Source of the DNA: an uncultured Candidatus Poseidoniales archaeon
GTDB lineage: Archaea > Thermoplasmatota > Poseidoniia > Poseidoniales > Thalassarchaeaceae
Direction of reading: 5' to 3'
DNA: 64,000 nucleotides
Assembly: GCA_964342465.1 (NCBI GenBank)
Contig: CAYFFQ010000001.1
Span: 279,691-343,690 of the forward strand
Positions 26,327-37,338 of the stretch are shown here, piece after piece (positions within the stretch are counted from its first letter, which is position 1; each line of letters opens with the position of its first letter). The notes under the pieces were generated by a model, which had not been told where the DNA came from, ran no database searches, and saw only the letters and a list, made by a program, of their open reading frames with translations. Both the position numbers and the translations under genes were made by a program.

Positions 26327-29300
26327 ATGGAAAACGAAACGAAGTCACCGATGCCGTTCAATGCGGCGTGGGGGCTGGCCAGAGCGCCTTTGGCAGCGAT
26401 GATTCTGCTGCTGATGACGATGGCCATCTACCCTCTTGGCGTGACATACGACAGTGAAACAGCGATAATGACGGTAGTGTTGCCATTCGTCCTTCTGACG
26501 ATTGGCGCAATGTTCGGCAGTGTGCCCCGCATCATCTTCTCCCACCTCGGTGTGAAGCCTGCACAGGTCACTCTGCTTATCTACGCGCCACTTGTCATCG
26601 CTGCTGCCATCCCACAACTGGTCATCGGCAACACCCTGCTCGGGGTTCTGTTCCTCGTGCTCGCTCTAGGTGTCCATTTCTTTGACAGGGTTGGACGAAA
26701 TGAGGAAGCGACAATCCTGATGTGGGCGGTGATGGGCTTTTGGGCGGCTCTGACAGTCGCCTCAGCGGCAGCACCAGTCTGGAATGGCGCATACTTCACC
26801 AATGGTGCATGGTTGCCAGCGATGGGTGAAGACAACTGGGCATCAATTGATGGCCACAGAGCAGCGACAGCCTATCTATTCTTCAACGGCTGGATGACCG
26901 CTATTCTAACAGGGGTCATCTTCTCCCTCGCCACTCGTGGTCGTTTCATCAAGGCTAGTGGAAGTGGTTGGTTCGAGAATCTTCCTGCGAAGTTGTCTGA
27001 CAAGGCGTTCGCACCGCTCTACGGAGGCTTCGGAGTATGGTTGTTCGCCCATCTGCTCTCATTCGCCTCATTCTTCACGGCATCAGAATCGGAGCGATTA
27101 GCTGGCGATACCATCGGCATCTGGTGGCCACTGTTCACCGGATTGGTGGCCCTTTTCGTCGCATACTGCTACGCAGAGAACCACAGAACCCGCGGTTCAC
27201 TCGTTGCCGTAAACTGGTTCATCTATTCTCTTGGAAGTTTCCAAGAAAACGGAATCATCCTCGATGGTTCAGCCGATTGGCACTCTTACTTCACCGAATC
27301 GAACGGTCTGGTGGTCTGGGTTGCAATCTTCTTCTGGCTCAATGTTCTAGCGGTGATGCTGAGCGTGAAGGGTAAACTGGGGGACATCTCCCCTCGCCGG
27401 CAACCCGGTCTAGCCAGCCAGTTCTGGTCGAACAATTGGTATGTATTGACAGTAGGCAGCGCTCTCTTCGTTGGCTTGTTGGTTCGTGTGGTGTGGAATG
27501 TTCTGCCCTTCATGAACGCAAGTGGTACACATGAATGGGACCTGACCGGTGGTTCTGACCCGTGGTACATGATGAGGACAGTCGAGTACATCCTCGCTGA
27601 GCACAACCATTTCATCATTGATATGGACCGCTCCTACCCGCTCGGTGCTATCAATCCAAGGCCCCCCCTCTTCTCTTGGTCACTCGCTCTTGGTGGTATG
27701 TTGCTGGCACCTCTGCTAGGTGTGCCCGCTTCCGAGGCTGTTTGGTGGTCGGTCGCTGCTCTGCCGGCAATCTACGGGGCTCTCTGTGTGCTGCCGATTG
27801 CCGGTATTGGCAGCCGCTTCTTTGGCAGGGCCACAGGCGCGGTATCTGCTTGGTTGATTGCTCTGATGCCCGGTCACGTTGGACACAGCACATTCGCCCT
27901 TGCCGACCACGACGCGTTCGCCATCCTCTTCCTATCACTAGGATTCTATTTCTGGCTCAAAGCGGTTCAGGCTGCAGGCGATGACAAATTAGTCGCCGAT
28001 GCGACTTGGAACCCAGCCTACCTGTTGAAGGGGGTAAGGGCCACATTCGAACAGCGGCCAGCCGCAATCGCCAATGCGGTGCTGTCGGGGATTTCATTCG
28101 CCACCGTCGCCCTCGGTTGGAAAGGGTTCGTCTATGGTCTCGGCATCGTGTTCCTCGCATTCTTCGCTCAGATAGTTCTCAACCAATTCAGGAGGAGGGA
28201 CAGCATGGCACTCTATGTGTCAGCATTGACCATGATGGTGGTGGCTTTTCTGCTACCTCTCCCGTTCTATGCTCACATGCAACTCGGTCTGATTTGGGAC
28301 GCAAGCGGATTCCAACCGATGTTCTATATCGTCGGATTCACATTCGCCGCAGGTTGGGTGGCCGTCTCATTCCGTGACAAGCCTTGGCTTCTGGTTCTCG
28401 TCAGCGGTGCCGGCCTTGCAGGTGCGATTCTCGGCATACTTTGGCTACTCCAGTTTGCAGGGATCTACAATGGCTGGGACGTTCTGTTCACCGGTGGTTA
28501 CTACCTCTCGAAGAACAAGATATTCGACACTATCGCTGAAGCTCAGGCGCCGAGTCGGGCTATGCTTTTCGCTTCTTTCGGGCCGATTGTCGCTCTCGCC
28601 GCACTCGGGGCGGGAATCATCGCCTTGTGGCAGGGATTGAGGAAGCGAGATGCGAGCCGGCTCGTTCTTGCAATCTGGATTCTCGTCGCCGGTGTCATGG
28701 CATGGCGAGCGGGACGATTCGTCTTCAACGCCACCCCCCCCGTCGCGGTGATGGGGGCTTGGGCCTTTGTCATCATCTGGCAATGGGTCGGTGGAACGGA
28801 TTTCGCCAAATCGTGGCGCAGGTTTGGAATCAGTACACCCGCCTCACGCTTCCGCTCGACTCGAAAGGCGTCTAGGAAATATCCCGGTGTAGTCGCCGTC
28901 CTGATGATTTTCATGCTCGTCGGAGCGCAACACGCCACCTACGGCCTCGATTCCGGCATTCCAAGCGGAAACTCCGCAGCCAAGGAGATTGACTCTAACA
29001 TCTACAACATCACTCCTAACATCCTCCGAGCGCAAGCACCTCTGTTCGGTTGGTCTCTCCTCGACTCCACTGCCTACAACCCCCCTAACCACTGTCGTGG
29101 GGTCACCAAGGAGACGAGTTGTTGGTACATGGGTGCCTTTGGACCCGGATTCAACGGTCAATACTGGAACGATGGCTATCAATGGTTGGAAGAACAGGAT
29201 TCAGATGTTCCATTCGGTCAGAAACCGGCATTTGTCTCATGGTGGGATTACGGTTTCCAAGCACTCGCACAGGGCCAACATCCAACGGTGGCGGACAACT

Positions 29301-32300
29301 TCCAGTCTGGCATTCCAGCAGCAGGAAACATGCTTCTCGCCCAGAGTGACGAGGACCTCCTCGCTCTATATGTGATGACTCTAGCAGAGGGTGACCTTAG
29401 GTACAACGACGGCGAGTGGACGAGAGACTTCTCACGCTCCATTGACAAATACTTCAACGATGCTCAGATGGAAGAGTTCTATCTGATTAACACGCTCGGC
29501 GGCGAAAATGGCGCCGACCTGCTGCAAGCCCGTTCCATCAGAATCATTCGTCAGGCAGGTGATATTTCGCTCGGCAAGGGGTTCACCATCGACTCGAGTG
29601 GCCTCCCGACGATAGCCACGGTCTACCGCGTCTATGAGAGTGAAGTTCAGGTTGCATCTGATTTCACTTCGCTGAATGAGGCCCTCTCGCAATTCAATCA
29701 GTCCAAAGACCGAAATGACGAAGTGACCGAGGAGTTCACCCATCAAGTGATTGGAAACTACTGGTACACAAGCGACATCGTAAATGATTTTGACGATGTT
29801 TCTTCTTCCATTCACCGCCAGAACTCACGCCTCGCCCTTGGCAAGGTCTTCCTCACCGAGGCGCTCGACTACGACGAATTGGTATCCCTTTACCACACCC
29901 TGACCCACGATGTCGAATACACGGTTGCAGATTCAGAAGGAAACCCCGGAGATACACTGACTCGCAACCACGACATCCGCTACTTCGCCGTCGACAACCG
30001 CCTCTACCCAGTCGGCGGTTCATACTCCAGTTCGGGTGGAAACCCAACCGGTATTTTCTATGCGCCGACGACGCTCTCGGGACTCGACCCCGAGACCTAC
30101 ATGAACACTTGGTATGTCACCCAGAGAGGCTCATCCGGATTCTATGTGGACATGACTCAAGAGGAGTATGAGGAGCAATACCGCAACGATGTTATTCTTT
30201 CTCAGTCGCAGAACACTCAGGATGTGATTCAGGCGGTCGATGTGCGCGTCGACCAGCAACCGGAGTTCTTCGACACGATGGTTGCGCGCGCCTATGTCGG
30301 CTATGGTAGCCCTCAACTCGGACTTCCGGGAAACCCAGCACAACCAGGTCAACACTTCGACCTGAGAGGAACCACCAACAGTTCACTCCAGAACGCCTTC
30401 CCTCTCCCCGGTGCGATGATGAACAACTTTGTAATCGCCAACTGGTATGACGAGGAAGCAGATGAGAACACTCAATGGTACGCCGCCAACACCGGTGTGA
30501 AGATTCTCAAGTACTATTCCGGTGCAACACTTGCGGGCGAGGTCAAATTAGGTGACTTCGGGAATGTCCCGAAGGCGCGCCTGCTTATTGAGAGAGATGC
30601 ATACAGCGGCGAAGGAGTCAGCGATGAGGACCCACGGGAATACTGGATTCCAATAGGTGCGGTAGATGCCGATGACCTCGGTCGATTTGAGTTCCGCGTT
30701 CCCGCTGGACACATCAGAGTAACGGCCTTCTCCGGATTTGCTGAAGACCCCGATGTTCTACGCAACCAAGACCGTGACGAGATTGTCTCGGCTCAGAACG
30801 ATTTTCAGGCATGGCAGGCGTGGTTCGCCGACATCCTCGGGCAGTCATTGACCGATGGCGAACGGGAGGTCAATCCCATCACCGCGATTCTCGCCAATGT
30901 CAGCGGCGGTAAGATGCTCGGCGAAATCGAGTTCAATGTGACAGGTAGCCAAGCCGACACAGATGGGGGCGCAGTGATATCGCAATCTCTCAACGTCGCT
31001 GCATCCAGCGCCACCGGAGTAGTCAAGTGGCAGGGCCACTCATCGTTCAACGACCAACCCCTCTCATCCCATGAATTGATTTTCACGGATATCTGGACCG
31101 AGGATGAACTCCCACATGTGTGGACCAACAACGGTACAGTCGTGACCGATGGTGAACACCCCAGAGTCTTCCGAGGCGAGGGTGAGGTGACCTTCACAGG
31201 TGCAGGATTGATGATGAGCGACGGTGATGTACTAGTCTCCGACTTCACCGGAAACTACACCCGTCAGATAGCCAACAACCATTCATTCACTGGCGAGGGA
31301 ATGTTCTCTGGAGCAGGTTCGTTTGTTGGTACCATCACCAGCGATGAAACCTTGACATCATGTGTGAATGGCACTCTACCGGCGACCCACGAGATCTGTT
31401 CAGTGGCTGGCTCAAACCCACCCGAATACTTGTTTGAAGGGGTCTTTGACGGAGTTGGCAGGGCGACAGCCAACGGCACAGTTGACTTCACCGCGGCACT
31501 CTACCGTGAGACATTGGTCGGAAACGGCATTTTCATGGTCACTGGTGACGACGATTCTCTCGAGACATTCGGCACGATAAATGGGAGCGGAACATTCAGT
31601 GGAGAGGGAATCTTCAGCGGTCCGATGGTCGAGCCAGGCAGTTTCCATGTCGTTGACGCACTGCCCGGTTCATACCGTGTCTTCGTCGTGTTGCCGAACG
31701 GTAACATCACCCGTCTTTCCACTCCGCTCGAGATTGATACCACTCCGACTACCGATGTTGACCTCTTCCTCCCCGGTTCTTGGATAGATGGTGAATTGGT
31801 CTGGTTCAATGGTACTCCGATAGCGGACACCGCCCTTCATCTCACAGACATCAGCCTAGACGAGGAAGCGACACAGAGTTGTGAAGATGTGCTCTTCGCA
31901 CCATGTATCATCTACACTGATGAGAATGGTTCGTTTGGTTATGGGCCAATCCCTGATGGTTCGTACGAACTGGCTATGGACCACGATGGAGACGGCTTTT
32001 ACGAGTGCGTACCGTGGTTGACCCCGACCAGTACGAATGCTTGTGATGGCACCGCCGCGGTCCGCGTCTCGATAGACCCGACAAACACCACACTCGCCAA
32101 GACCAACACACCAGTACCTATTCATCACGACATTGAATTCATCCTCCTTGAGGATATAGGTGGTGGCACGGTTCAGACCGTTAGTGATGTTGAAGTCAAT
32201 TTCCATGGCGCCATGCTTGCGGATGATGAGTACATACAAGCGGTCTACGATGAAGAGTCAGCGACATACCGTGTTGAACTTCCAGAGGGTGAATGGGTGG

Positions 32301-35300
32301 CCAACGCCTCTGCTGAGGGCGGATTGATGTTGTGGGAAGAGTTTGAACTCTTGGAGGAGATGGAAGGCATCTCGTGGGAGTTGCGCCGTAGCATCAATGT
32401 GAGCGGACAGATTCTCGTCCAGACTTTCAAGGAGGAGTCACCTGAAGAGGGCGTCCCCAACCTCGAAGTGAAATTCCAGTGGGGTGGAATCACCACCAGC
32501 ACTCAGACCGGATTCGGAGCGGAGGCGGGCAACTTCTCAATCTTCTTGCCCGAGGGGATATCTGTCAACATGACCACTGTGTCGATTGCGAGTCAGATGG
32601 TAAACGGAACCAACTTTGTAGTTTCACAGGAAGTATCGCCTGTAATTCTGATAATCGAAAATGGAATCTCTGTTACTGGTGCGGTCACTCTGAACGACAA
32701 TGTGACGGCCTATACTCCCGATGTTCCTGGATTCACACCTCTCCACCTCGAGGCATACAATGCTGATAGGGATGTGTGGTGGTATTACGATATTGATGTT
32801 GACACCGGTCGATTCTCAGAGAAACTTCAGCCGGGGAACTGGACCATCGGCCTTGATGATGTTCGGTTGAATGTCCCGACTCAGCAGATAGAAGTGAGCG
32901 CCGAGACAGCAGATGAACTACTCCATCTTCAATTCATTGCCCAACCTGACAATGTCTCTGTTGAAATCACCACATTCCTAGACCACACCGGCGATGGAAA
33001 TGTCAGCAATGGCACTCTCGTGGACATTGATTTCTCACTCACACCACTATCCGATGGTGGAATCGGGGAGCGCATCAATGTCACTGCCGAGATGATGGTA
33101 AATGGCGTAGTATCTCTCGATTTGGAACCGGGGGCGTACGCGGTTCTCGTAGACCCCCAACCTGCCGTCAACGGCAGCGATTGGGACACAGTGGCTACGG
33201 TATCGGAAACCGTTCTCATTCTTGGATTGGACAACACCACTACCGTTTATGAGGAGATCTCATTGCAGCCACGATGGCTCGTGAGCGGAGAATTGAACAA
33301 CCAATACGGCGGAAATGTCAGCAATGAGTCGATTTCCTTCACCAGAGTTGATTCTACAGAATCCTTCACTCTCATCACCGACGAAAACGGCACTTTCAGC
33401 CGCTACATCGATGAGGGTGAATGGCAAGTAGTAGTCACCCGCAGAGTCATGGTGGATGTTGAAGAGGAATTCCGCGGCATACTCACGGTCGATGCAGAAT
33501 CGAATCGAGGCGACCTAGTGTGGAGAACACTCGAATCCGCAGAACTGGCCATCCATCTCTCAGTGGAAGATACTGGAGACGCCCTGGCCGGATTTTCACT
33601 TATCGCCACCAACAACGACGGATTGGGCGAAGTGACACTTCCCCCCACCAGTGACACAGGGGATGTCACAGGATATCTCTATCCCGGAAATTGGACATTG
33701 TCACTCAACTTCACCGAATCACAGGACCGTTGGATTCTCAGTGAACAAGAGATTGGAATCCTCTCCGCAGGCCAACCCTTCACCCAGAACTACTCGGTGG
33801 AACACTGGGTCATGTTGGGCGGGAACCTGTTTTGGGATTTGGATTCGGACGACGAATACGATTTCAATGAGGGTGTTGAGGATGCCAACATCACAGTCTC
33901 AGGCGGGGGCCTGAACGAGAGTGTGAATCTGACGAGTTCCGCCCAAGGAACTTGGACTCTTTTCGTCCCGACATTGGAAAACTACACCGTCGAGGCGGCG
34001 AAACTTGGATTCAGCGATGTTACAATCGTCGTCGAGGTTGGCACTATCACCAATTCAACAGATATTGAACTTTCAGCGGGTAATGTGACCATCAGTGGAA
34101 CCATCGACTATGTACAGATGGATATTTGGGATGACATCTCCGATGATGTCACCATCCGACTCCTCCCCAAGGCCGGAATTGAGAGAGAAGTGCGCACCCC
34201 CACCAAGGTGATGGCCGGAGATGGCACTTGGGATGGGGAGTGGAGTGCCGATGTCGAACCAGGGGATTGGGTCATCCACGCTTCAGTTGAATCAGCCGGA
34301 ATTGTCGGCGTCGCCAATGTCGAAGCGGGAGTCCACGACGGTGCAGTCGTCAACATGACGATGGCACCGGGAGGCACTCTGCATCTTTTCACCGAATGGA
34401 TTGATTTCAATGGCGTTGTGCATGACCTCGGCGATGTTGACATCGAAGAGGCGGATATCATCGGAGTGCCGAAGGTCAAGGTCACAACAGGTGGGGCAAT
34501 TTCATGGAACATCACCGTTGACTCCAATGGAGAATACGACTTCCTGCTACCTGCGGGAGACCTCTACTTTGAAGGGGAATTTGAGAGTGATGAGAAGGGT
34601 ATGGTCATGACCTATCGTGCTGGCCTGACGAGTACCATCGCTTCGCAACAGGGAGCGCCGGACACAACCTTGACATTCAGCAGAATCTTGGAGCACGGAG
34701 TCTCGTTCAACGTATCAGAAATGGCTGGAGCGACCCCTCTTGAAGACCTGAACAACGAGGTAGTAGCAGATTATCTCAACGATACCACCTACCAGCCAAT
34801 CGAGTTCACAATAGACTTGGAATACGAAGGCAACGAAGGTTTCGACGAGTACACAGTTGGCACGGTGTTCGACGCCGAAGATGTCGCCTATTGGGAGGTG
34901 GAGTTCTTCAACGGAAGCGGTGAGGATGGTGAGGAATCGTGGGAGTCTGAGATTCCCGTCAGCCTCGGCCTTGACGACGACGCTTCAACACAGATTCGTA
35001 TGCGCGTCACTCCCGCCGATGTCGAAAACGCCCGTTCCATTGAGGGCGGTCATGTCATTAAACTGAGGACGACCCACTCAACCGGTACGTGGAGTGAATA
35101 CATAATCAAGGTACATATCCCGCAGACCTTCTCCATAGAAGTCGTATCTGCGCCAACTGGTACGGTTGGTGTCTTCCCAGGCGAGGAAGAGAGAGTCGAA
35201 TTCTCAATCCTCAACACAGGAAATGGTCAAGACATGCTCTCCTTCACCATCGACAAGACATGGTTGCCGGATGGCTGGAGTGCCACAGGTCCTTCCTCAT

Positions 35301-35911
35301 CACCGTGGGCCAGCGGAGAGGAGAGAACCTACTCCTTCACTGTCGTCGCGCCCGCTGATGCTGGAACCACTCCGTTCACTCTCTCGGTTCAGGTCAACAG
35401 CTCGGATGGCACGAGTTATGACCCTCTTGAGGTGACGGTGAAGGCAGCGAAGCCGATTCTGAAGTTCATCACTGAAGATACCGGTACTTTCGATGGCAAG
35501 GATGCGGTGACTGGCAAGAGCAACAAGATGATTGTCAGGGTGCAGAACAGTGGATTGGTGAGGGCGGAGCACATCCGCGTGAACATCACCATTGAGGGAT
35601 ATCCAGATGTCTATATTCTATCAGACATGGAGGACATCGCTGCGGACTCCACAGTAGAATACATCATGTTCATCGACCTCGATGGAGTCGGAATCGGCAA
35701 GCAGAATTTCTTCTTCACTCTTGAGAGCGAATTTGGAATGGACCTCGATGAGGAGTCGGAGGAGAGCCTGACTAGGAAGATACAGGTCTCAACACCGCCA
35801 CCAGAGGATGTCAATGTCTGGGTTCCACTCATCATCATAGCAGTATTCGTTCTCGGATTTTTCGGATTCCGTAGAATACGTGACTCGCTCTCGGGACAGA
35901 TGCCATTCTGA
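26327..35911 (+). CDS. aglB: giant oligosaccharyltransferase-family protein: extra polytopic N-terminal region + STT3/AglB core + ~2000-aa beta-sandwich repeat region + C-terminal TM
   Basis: 3194 aa. WWDYG motif (FVSWWDYGFQ, aa 972-976, nt 29240-29254). First-loop acidic motif GGSDPWYMMR (D411, nt 27557). ADHDAF second acidic motif. About 9 TM lie before the STT3-type TM1 (NNWYVLTVGSALFVGLLV). CarboxypepD_reg-like motifs include IYTDENGSFGYGPIPDGSYEL and LITDENGTFSRYIDEGEWQVVV. CARDB/COG1470-like motifs include VEFSILNTGNGQDML and MIVRVQNSGLVRAE. Final TM is WVPLIIIAVFVLGFFGF. Confidence 0.85.
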   Translation: MENETKSPMPFNAAWGLARAPLAAMILLLMTMAIYPLGVTYDSETAIMTVVLPFVLLTIGAMFGSVPRIIFSHLGVKPAQVTLLIYAPLVIAAAIPQLVIGNTLLGVLFLVLALGVHFFDRVGRNEEATILMWAVMGFWAALTVASAAAPVWNGAYFTNGAWLPAMGEDNWASIDGHRAATAYLFFNGWMTAILTGVIFSLATRGRFIKASGSGWFENLPAKLSDKAFAPLYGGFGVWLFAHLLSFASFFTASESERLAGDTIGIWWPLFTGLVALFVAYCYAENHRTRGSLVAVNWFIYSLGSFQENGIILDGSADWHSYFTESNGLVVWVAIFFWLNVLAVMLSVKGKLGDISPRRQPGLASQFWSNNWYVLTVGSALFVGLLVRVVWNVLPFMNASGTHEWDLTGGSDPWYMMRTVEYILAEHNHFIIDMDRSYPLGAINPRPPLFSWSLALGGMLLAPLLGVPASEAVWWSVAALPAIYGALCVLPIAGIGSRFFGRATGAVSAWLIALMPGHVGHSTFALADHDAFAILFLSLGFYFWLKAVQAAGDDKLVADATWNPAYLLKGVRATFEQRPAAIANAVLSGISFATVALGWKGFVYGLGIVFLAFFAQIVLNQFRRRDSMALYVSALTMMVVAFLLPLPFYAHMQLGLIWDASGFQPMFYIVGFTFAAGWVAVSFRDKPWLLVLVSGAGLAGAILGILWLLQFAGIYNGWDVLFTGGYYLSKNKIFDTIAEAQAPSRAMLFASFGPIVALAALGAGIIALWQGLRKRDASRLVLAIWILVAGVMAWRAGRFVFNATPPVAVMGAWAFVIIWQWVGGTDFAKSWRRFGISTPASRFRSTRKASRKYPGVVAVLMIFMLVGAQHATYGLDSGIPSGNSAAKEIDSNIYNITPNILRAQAPLFGWSLLDSTAYNPPNHCRGVTKETSCWYMGAFGPGFNGQYWNDGYQWLEEQDSDVPFGQKPAFVSWWDYGFQALAQGQHPTVADNFQSGIPAAGNMLLAQSDEDLLALYVMTLAEGDLRYNDGEWTRDFSRSIDKYFNDAQMEEFYLINTLGGENGADLLQARSIRIIRQAGDISLGKGFTIDSSGLPTIATVYRVYESEVQVASDFTSLNEALSQFNQSKDRNDEVTEEFTHQVIGNYWYTSDIVNDFDDVSSSIHRQNSRLALGKVFLTEALDYDELVSLYHTLTHDVEYTVADSEGNPGDTLTRNHDIRYFAVDNRLYPVGGSYSSSGGNPTGIFYAPTTLSGLDPETYMNTWYVTQRGSSGFYVDMTQEEYEEQYRNDVILSQSQNTQDVIQAVDVRVDQQPEFFDTMVARAYVGYGSPQLGLPGNPAQPGQHFDLRGTTNSSLQNAFPLPGAMMNNFVIANWYDEEADENTQWYAANTGVKILKYYSGATLAGEVKLGDFGNVPKARLLIERDAYSGEGVSDEDPREYWIPIGAVDADDLGRFEFRVPAGHIRVTAFSGFAEDPDVLRNQDRDEIVSAQNDFQAWQAWFADILGQSLTDGEREVNPITAILANVSGGKMLGEIEFNVTGSQADTDGGAVISQSLNVAASSATGVVKWQGHSSFNDQPLSSHELIFTDIWTEDELPHVWTNNGTVVTDGEHPRVFRGEGEVTFTGAGLMMSDGDVLVSDFTGNYTRQIANNHSFTGEGMFSGAGSFVGTITSDETLTSCVNGTLPATHEICSVAGSNPPEYLFEGVFDGVGRATANGTVDFTAALYRETLVGNGIFMVTGDDDSLETFGTINGSGTFSGEGIFSGPMVEPGSFHVVDALPGSYRVFVVLPNGNITRLSTPLEIDTTPTTDVDLFLPGSWIDGELVWFNGTPIADTALHLTDISLDEEATQSCEDVLFAPCIIYTDENGSFGYGPIPDGSYELAMDHDGDGFYECVPWLTPTSTNACDGTAAVRVSIDPTNTTLAKTNTPVPIHHDIEFILLEDIGGGTVQTVSDVEVNFHGAMLADDEYIQAVYDEESATYRVELPEGEWVANASAEGGLMLWEEFELLEEMEGISWELRRSINVSGQILVQTFKEESPEEGVPNLEVKFQWGGITTSTQTGFGAEAGNFSIFLPEGISVNMTTVSIASQMVNGTNFVVSQEVSPVILIIENGISVTGAVTLNDNVTAYTPDVPGFTPLHLEAYNADRDVWWYYDIDVDTGRFSEKLQPGNWTIGLDDVRLNVPTQQIEVSAETADELLHLQFIAQPDNVSVEITTFLDHTGDGNVSNGTLVDIDFSLTPLSDGGIGERINVTAEMMVNGVVSLDLEPGAYAVLVDPQPAVNGSDWDTVATVSETVLILGLDNTTTVYEEISLQPRWLVSGELNNQYGGNVSNESISFTRVDSTESFTLITDENGTFSRYIDEGEWQVVVTRRVMVDVEEEFRGILTVDAESNRGDLVWRTLESAELAIHLSVEDTGDALAGFSLIATNNDGLGEVTLPPTSDTGDVTGYLYPGNWTLSLNFTESQDRWILSEQEIGILSAGQPFTQNYSVEHWVMLGGNLFWDLDSDDEYDFNEGVEDANITVSGGGLNESVNLTSSAQGTWTLFVPTLENYTVEAAKLGFSDVTIVVEVGTITNSTDIELSAGNVTISGTIDYVQMDIWDDISDDVTIRLLPKAGIEREVRTPTKVMAGDGTWDGEWSADVEPGDWVIHASVESAGIVGVANVEAGVHDGAVVNMTMAPGGTLHLFTEWIDFNGVVHDLGDVDIEEADIIGVPKVKVTTGGAISWNITVDSNGEYDFLLPAGDLYFEGEFESDEKGMVMTYRAGLTSTIASQQGAPDTTLTFSRILEHGVSFNVSEMAGATPLEDLNNEVVADYLNDTTYQPIEFTIDLEYEGNEGFDEYTVGTVFDAEDVAYWEVEFFNGSGEDGEESWESEIPVSLGLDDDASTQIRMRVTPADVENARSIEGGHVIKLRTTHSTGTWSEYIIKVHIPQTFSIEVVSAPTGTVGVFPGEEERVEFSILNTGNGQDMLSFTIDKTWLPDGWSATGPSSSPWASGEERTYSFTVVAPADAGTTPFTLSVQVNSSDGTSYDPLEVTVKAAKPILKFITEDTGTFDGKDAVTGKSNKMIVRVQNSGLVRAEHIRVNITIEGYPDVYILSDMEDIAADSTVEYIMFIDLDGVGIGKQNFFFTLESEFGMDLDEESEESLTRKIQVSTPPPEDVNVWVPLIIIAVFVLGFFGFRRIRDSLSGQMPF

Positions 35912-36010
35912 GCGACAATCAGTGAGGGTGATAACCTTCCTTCACTCCGGTATGGATGAGCGTAGCCGATGGTCGGCGGTGGTCAGTGAGAATAGTCTGA
36001 GGTGAATGGA

Positions 36011-37273
36011 ATGATTCCTGGATTCAAGGACTCTGAACTACTGCCCGAACCGGAGGACCCGAGGATGCTTTCCATCATTGACGAGAAGGCTGAAGGATAT
36101 CCTGCAGAGGCGTATGGACTCCCTCCAGAGCGAGACCCTCAGGCATGGAAGGATGCAGATGCCGTGAAACCGAAGAGACCGCGCCGCCTACCTTGGGGGG
36201 TTTGGCTCGTCACCGGATTGGTCATCGTCATTCTCGTGACCTATTCATCAATCGTCGGGTTCATCGATGAGTTCGTCCCCGATTCGGAATGGGCTTACGA
36301 ATCGACAGGAATCAGGTCTCTGAATGGAGAGGGGTGGTATGGTTCAGGTATCCGAGTTTGTATCGTGGATACTGGGATAGAGGTCACTCATCCCGACCTC
36401 ATCTCTGTTAATCTCGTTGGATTCAAAGATTTCATCGATGGCACTGAAGGGGCGCCGCATGACAACGATGTCTCCCAATCACACGGCACGATGATGGCCG
36501 GCATTCTCGTCGCCAACGGCACATTTCAAGGTGCGGCGCCGAGGGTCCAGTTGATTGTCGCCGCCGCCCTAGGCTCAGATGGTGCCTCTGGCTCTGAAGT
36601 CGCCGTAGCAGATGCCATCACTTGGTGTTGGGCGGAGATGGGCGCTCAGATAATCAGCCTCAGTCTCGGTGGAAAACCAGACATTATTTCCACCTTCGGT
36701 GGCCGTACCGAGGCGGCAGTGGAGGATGCTCTTGACAACGGTGTCTTCGTCGTCGCCGCGGCTGGTAATCACGGCGGTCTGGGTCAGGATTACCCCGATG
36801 TGTCAGTCCCATCGAATGTTGAGGGGGTGATCAGCGTCGGCGCAGTACATCGCAACGGGACCCTTTGGGCTCAATCCAGTGGTGGCTCTGCAACCGATGC
36901 CGCAGGGGATGTGAGAGAATGGCCAAACCAGAAACCGGAGATTGTGGCTCCGGGTGTTGACATCCACTCGACCTTCTACTCTGAAAGAACTGGTCCAACT
37001 TGGTCTCGTAGTGACGGCACCAGTGATGCGACGGTCTTTGTCACCGCTGCTCTCTGTCTGATTCTTCAGAAGTATCAAGGAAATCCGGGTATGGAACAGA
37101 GCCACGCAGGCGACAGGGCGCCACTTGAACTGGTCAAGGCTGCGCTCGCCAAATCCGCTTCACCAGCACTCTTCCAAGAAGCAGGAACCCATCATCTGCG
37201 CTATGGATATGGCTCATTGGATGCCGATGCGTGGGCCGATGAAGTCGGCGAGGCGTTGGCTTCTGTCGAATGA
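36011..37273 (+). CDS. subtilisin-like serine protease (S8), N-terminal signal-anchor
   Basis: VCIVDTGIEVTHPDL (Asp), SQSHGTMMAGIL (His), SDGTSDATVFVTAA (Ser). There is a ~60-aa acidic cytoplasmic N-tail, then TM LPWGVWLVTGLVIVILVTYSSIVGF. GAGGTGA (35999-36005) lies 5 nt before ATG 36011; the ORF is open from GTG 36002. Confidence 0.85.
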   Translation: MIPGFKDSELLPEPEDPRMLSIIDEKAEGYPAEAYGLPPERDPQAWKDADAVKPKRPRRLPWGVWLVTGLVIVILVTYSSIVGFIDEFVPDSEWAYESTGIRSLNGEGWYGSGIRVCIVDTGIEVTHPDLISVNLVGFKDFIDGTEGAPHDNDVSQSHGTMMAGILVANGTFQGAAPRVQLIVAAALGSDGASGSEVAVADAITWCWAEMGAQIISLSLGGKPDIISTFGGRTEAAVEDALDNGVFVVAAAGNHGGLGQDYPDVSVPSNVEGVISVGAVHRNGTLWAQSSGGSATDAAGDVREWPNQKPEIVAPGVDIHSTFYSERTGPTWSRSDGTSDATVFVTAALCLILQKYQGNPGMEQSHAGDRAPLELVKAALAKSASPALFQEAGTHHLRYGYGSLDADAWADEVGEALASVE

Positions 37274-37338
37274 GGCGTCATCCCTCTTCTACAACGGTGA
37301 AAAGTGGATGGGAGAGGAGTGCTTCATAGAGAGCCCGA

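Noticed and set aside
25908-26348. 146-aa minus-strand ORF covering the purD 3' end and the purD-aglB gap.
   Set aside because: It overlaps purD in antisense, and its product is R/P-rich with no motifs. The gap is better explained as the promoter/5' region of the giant gene.
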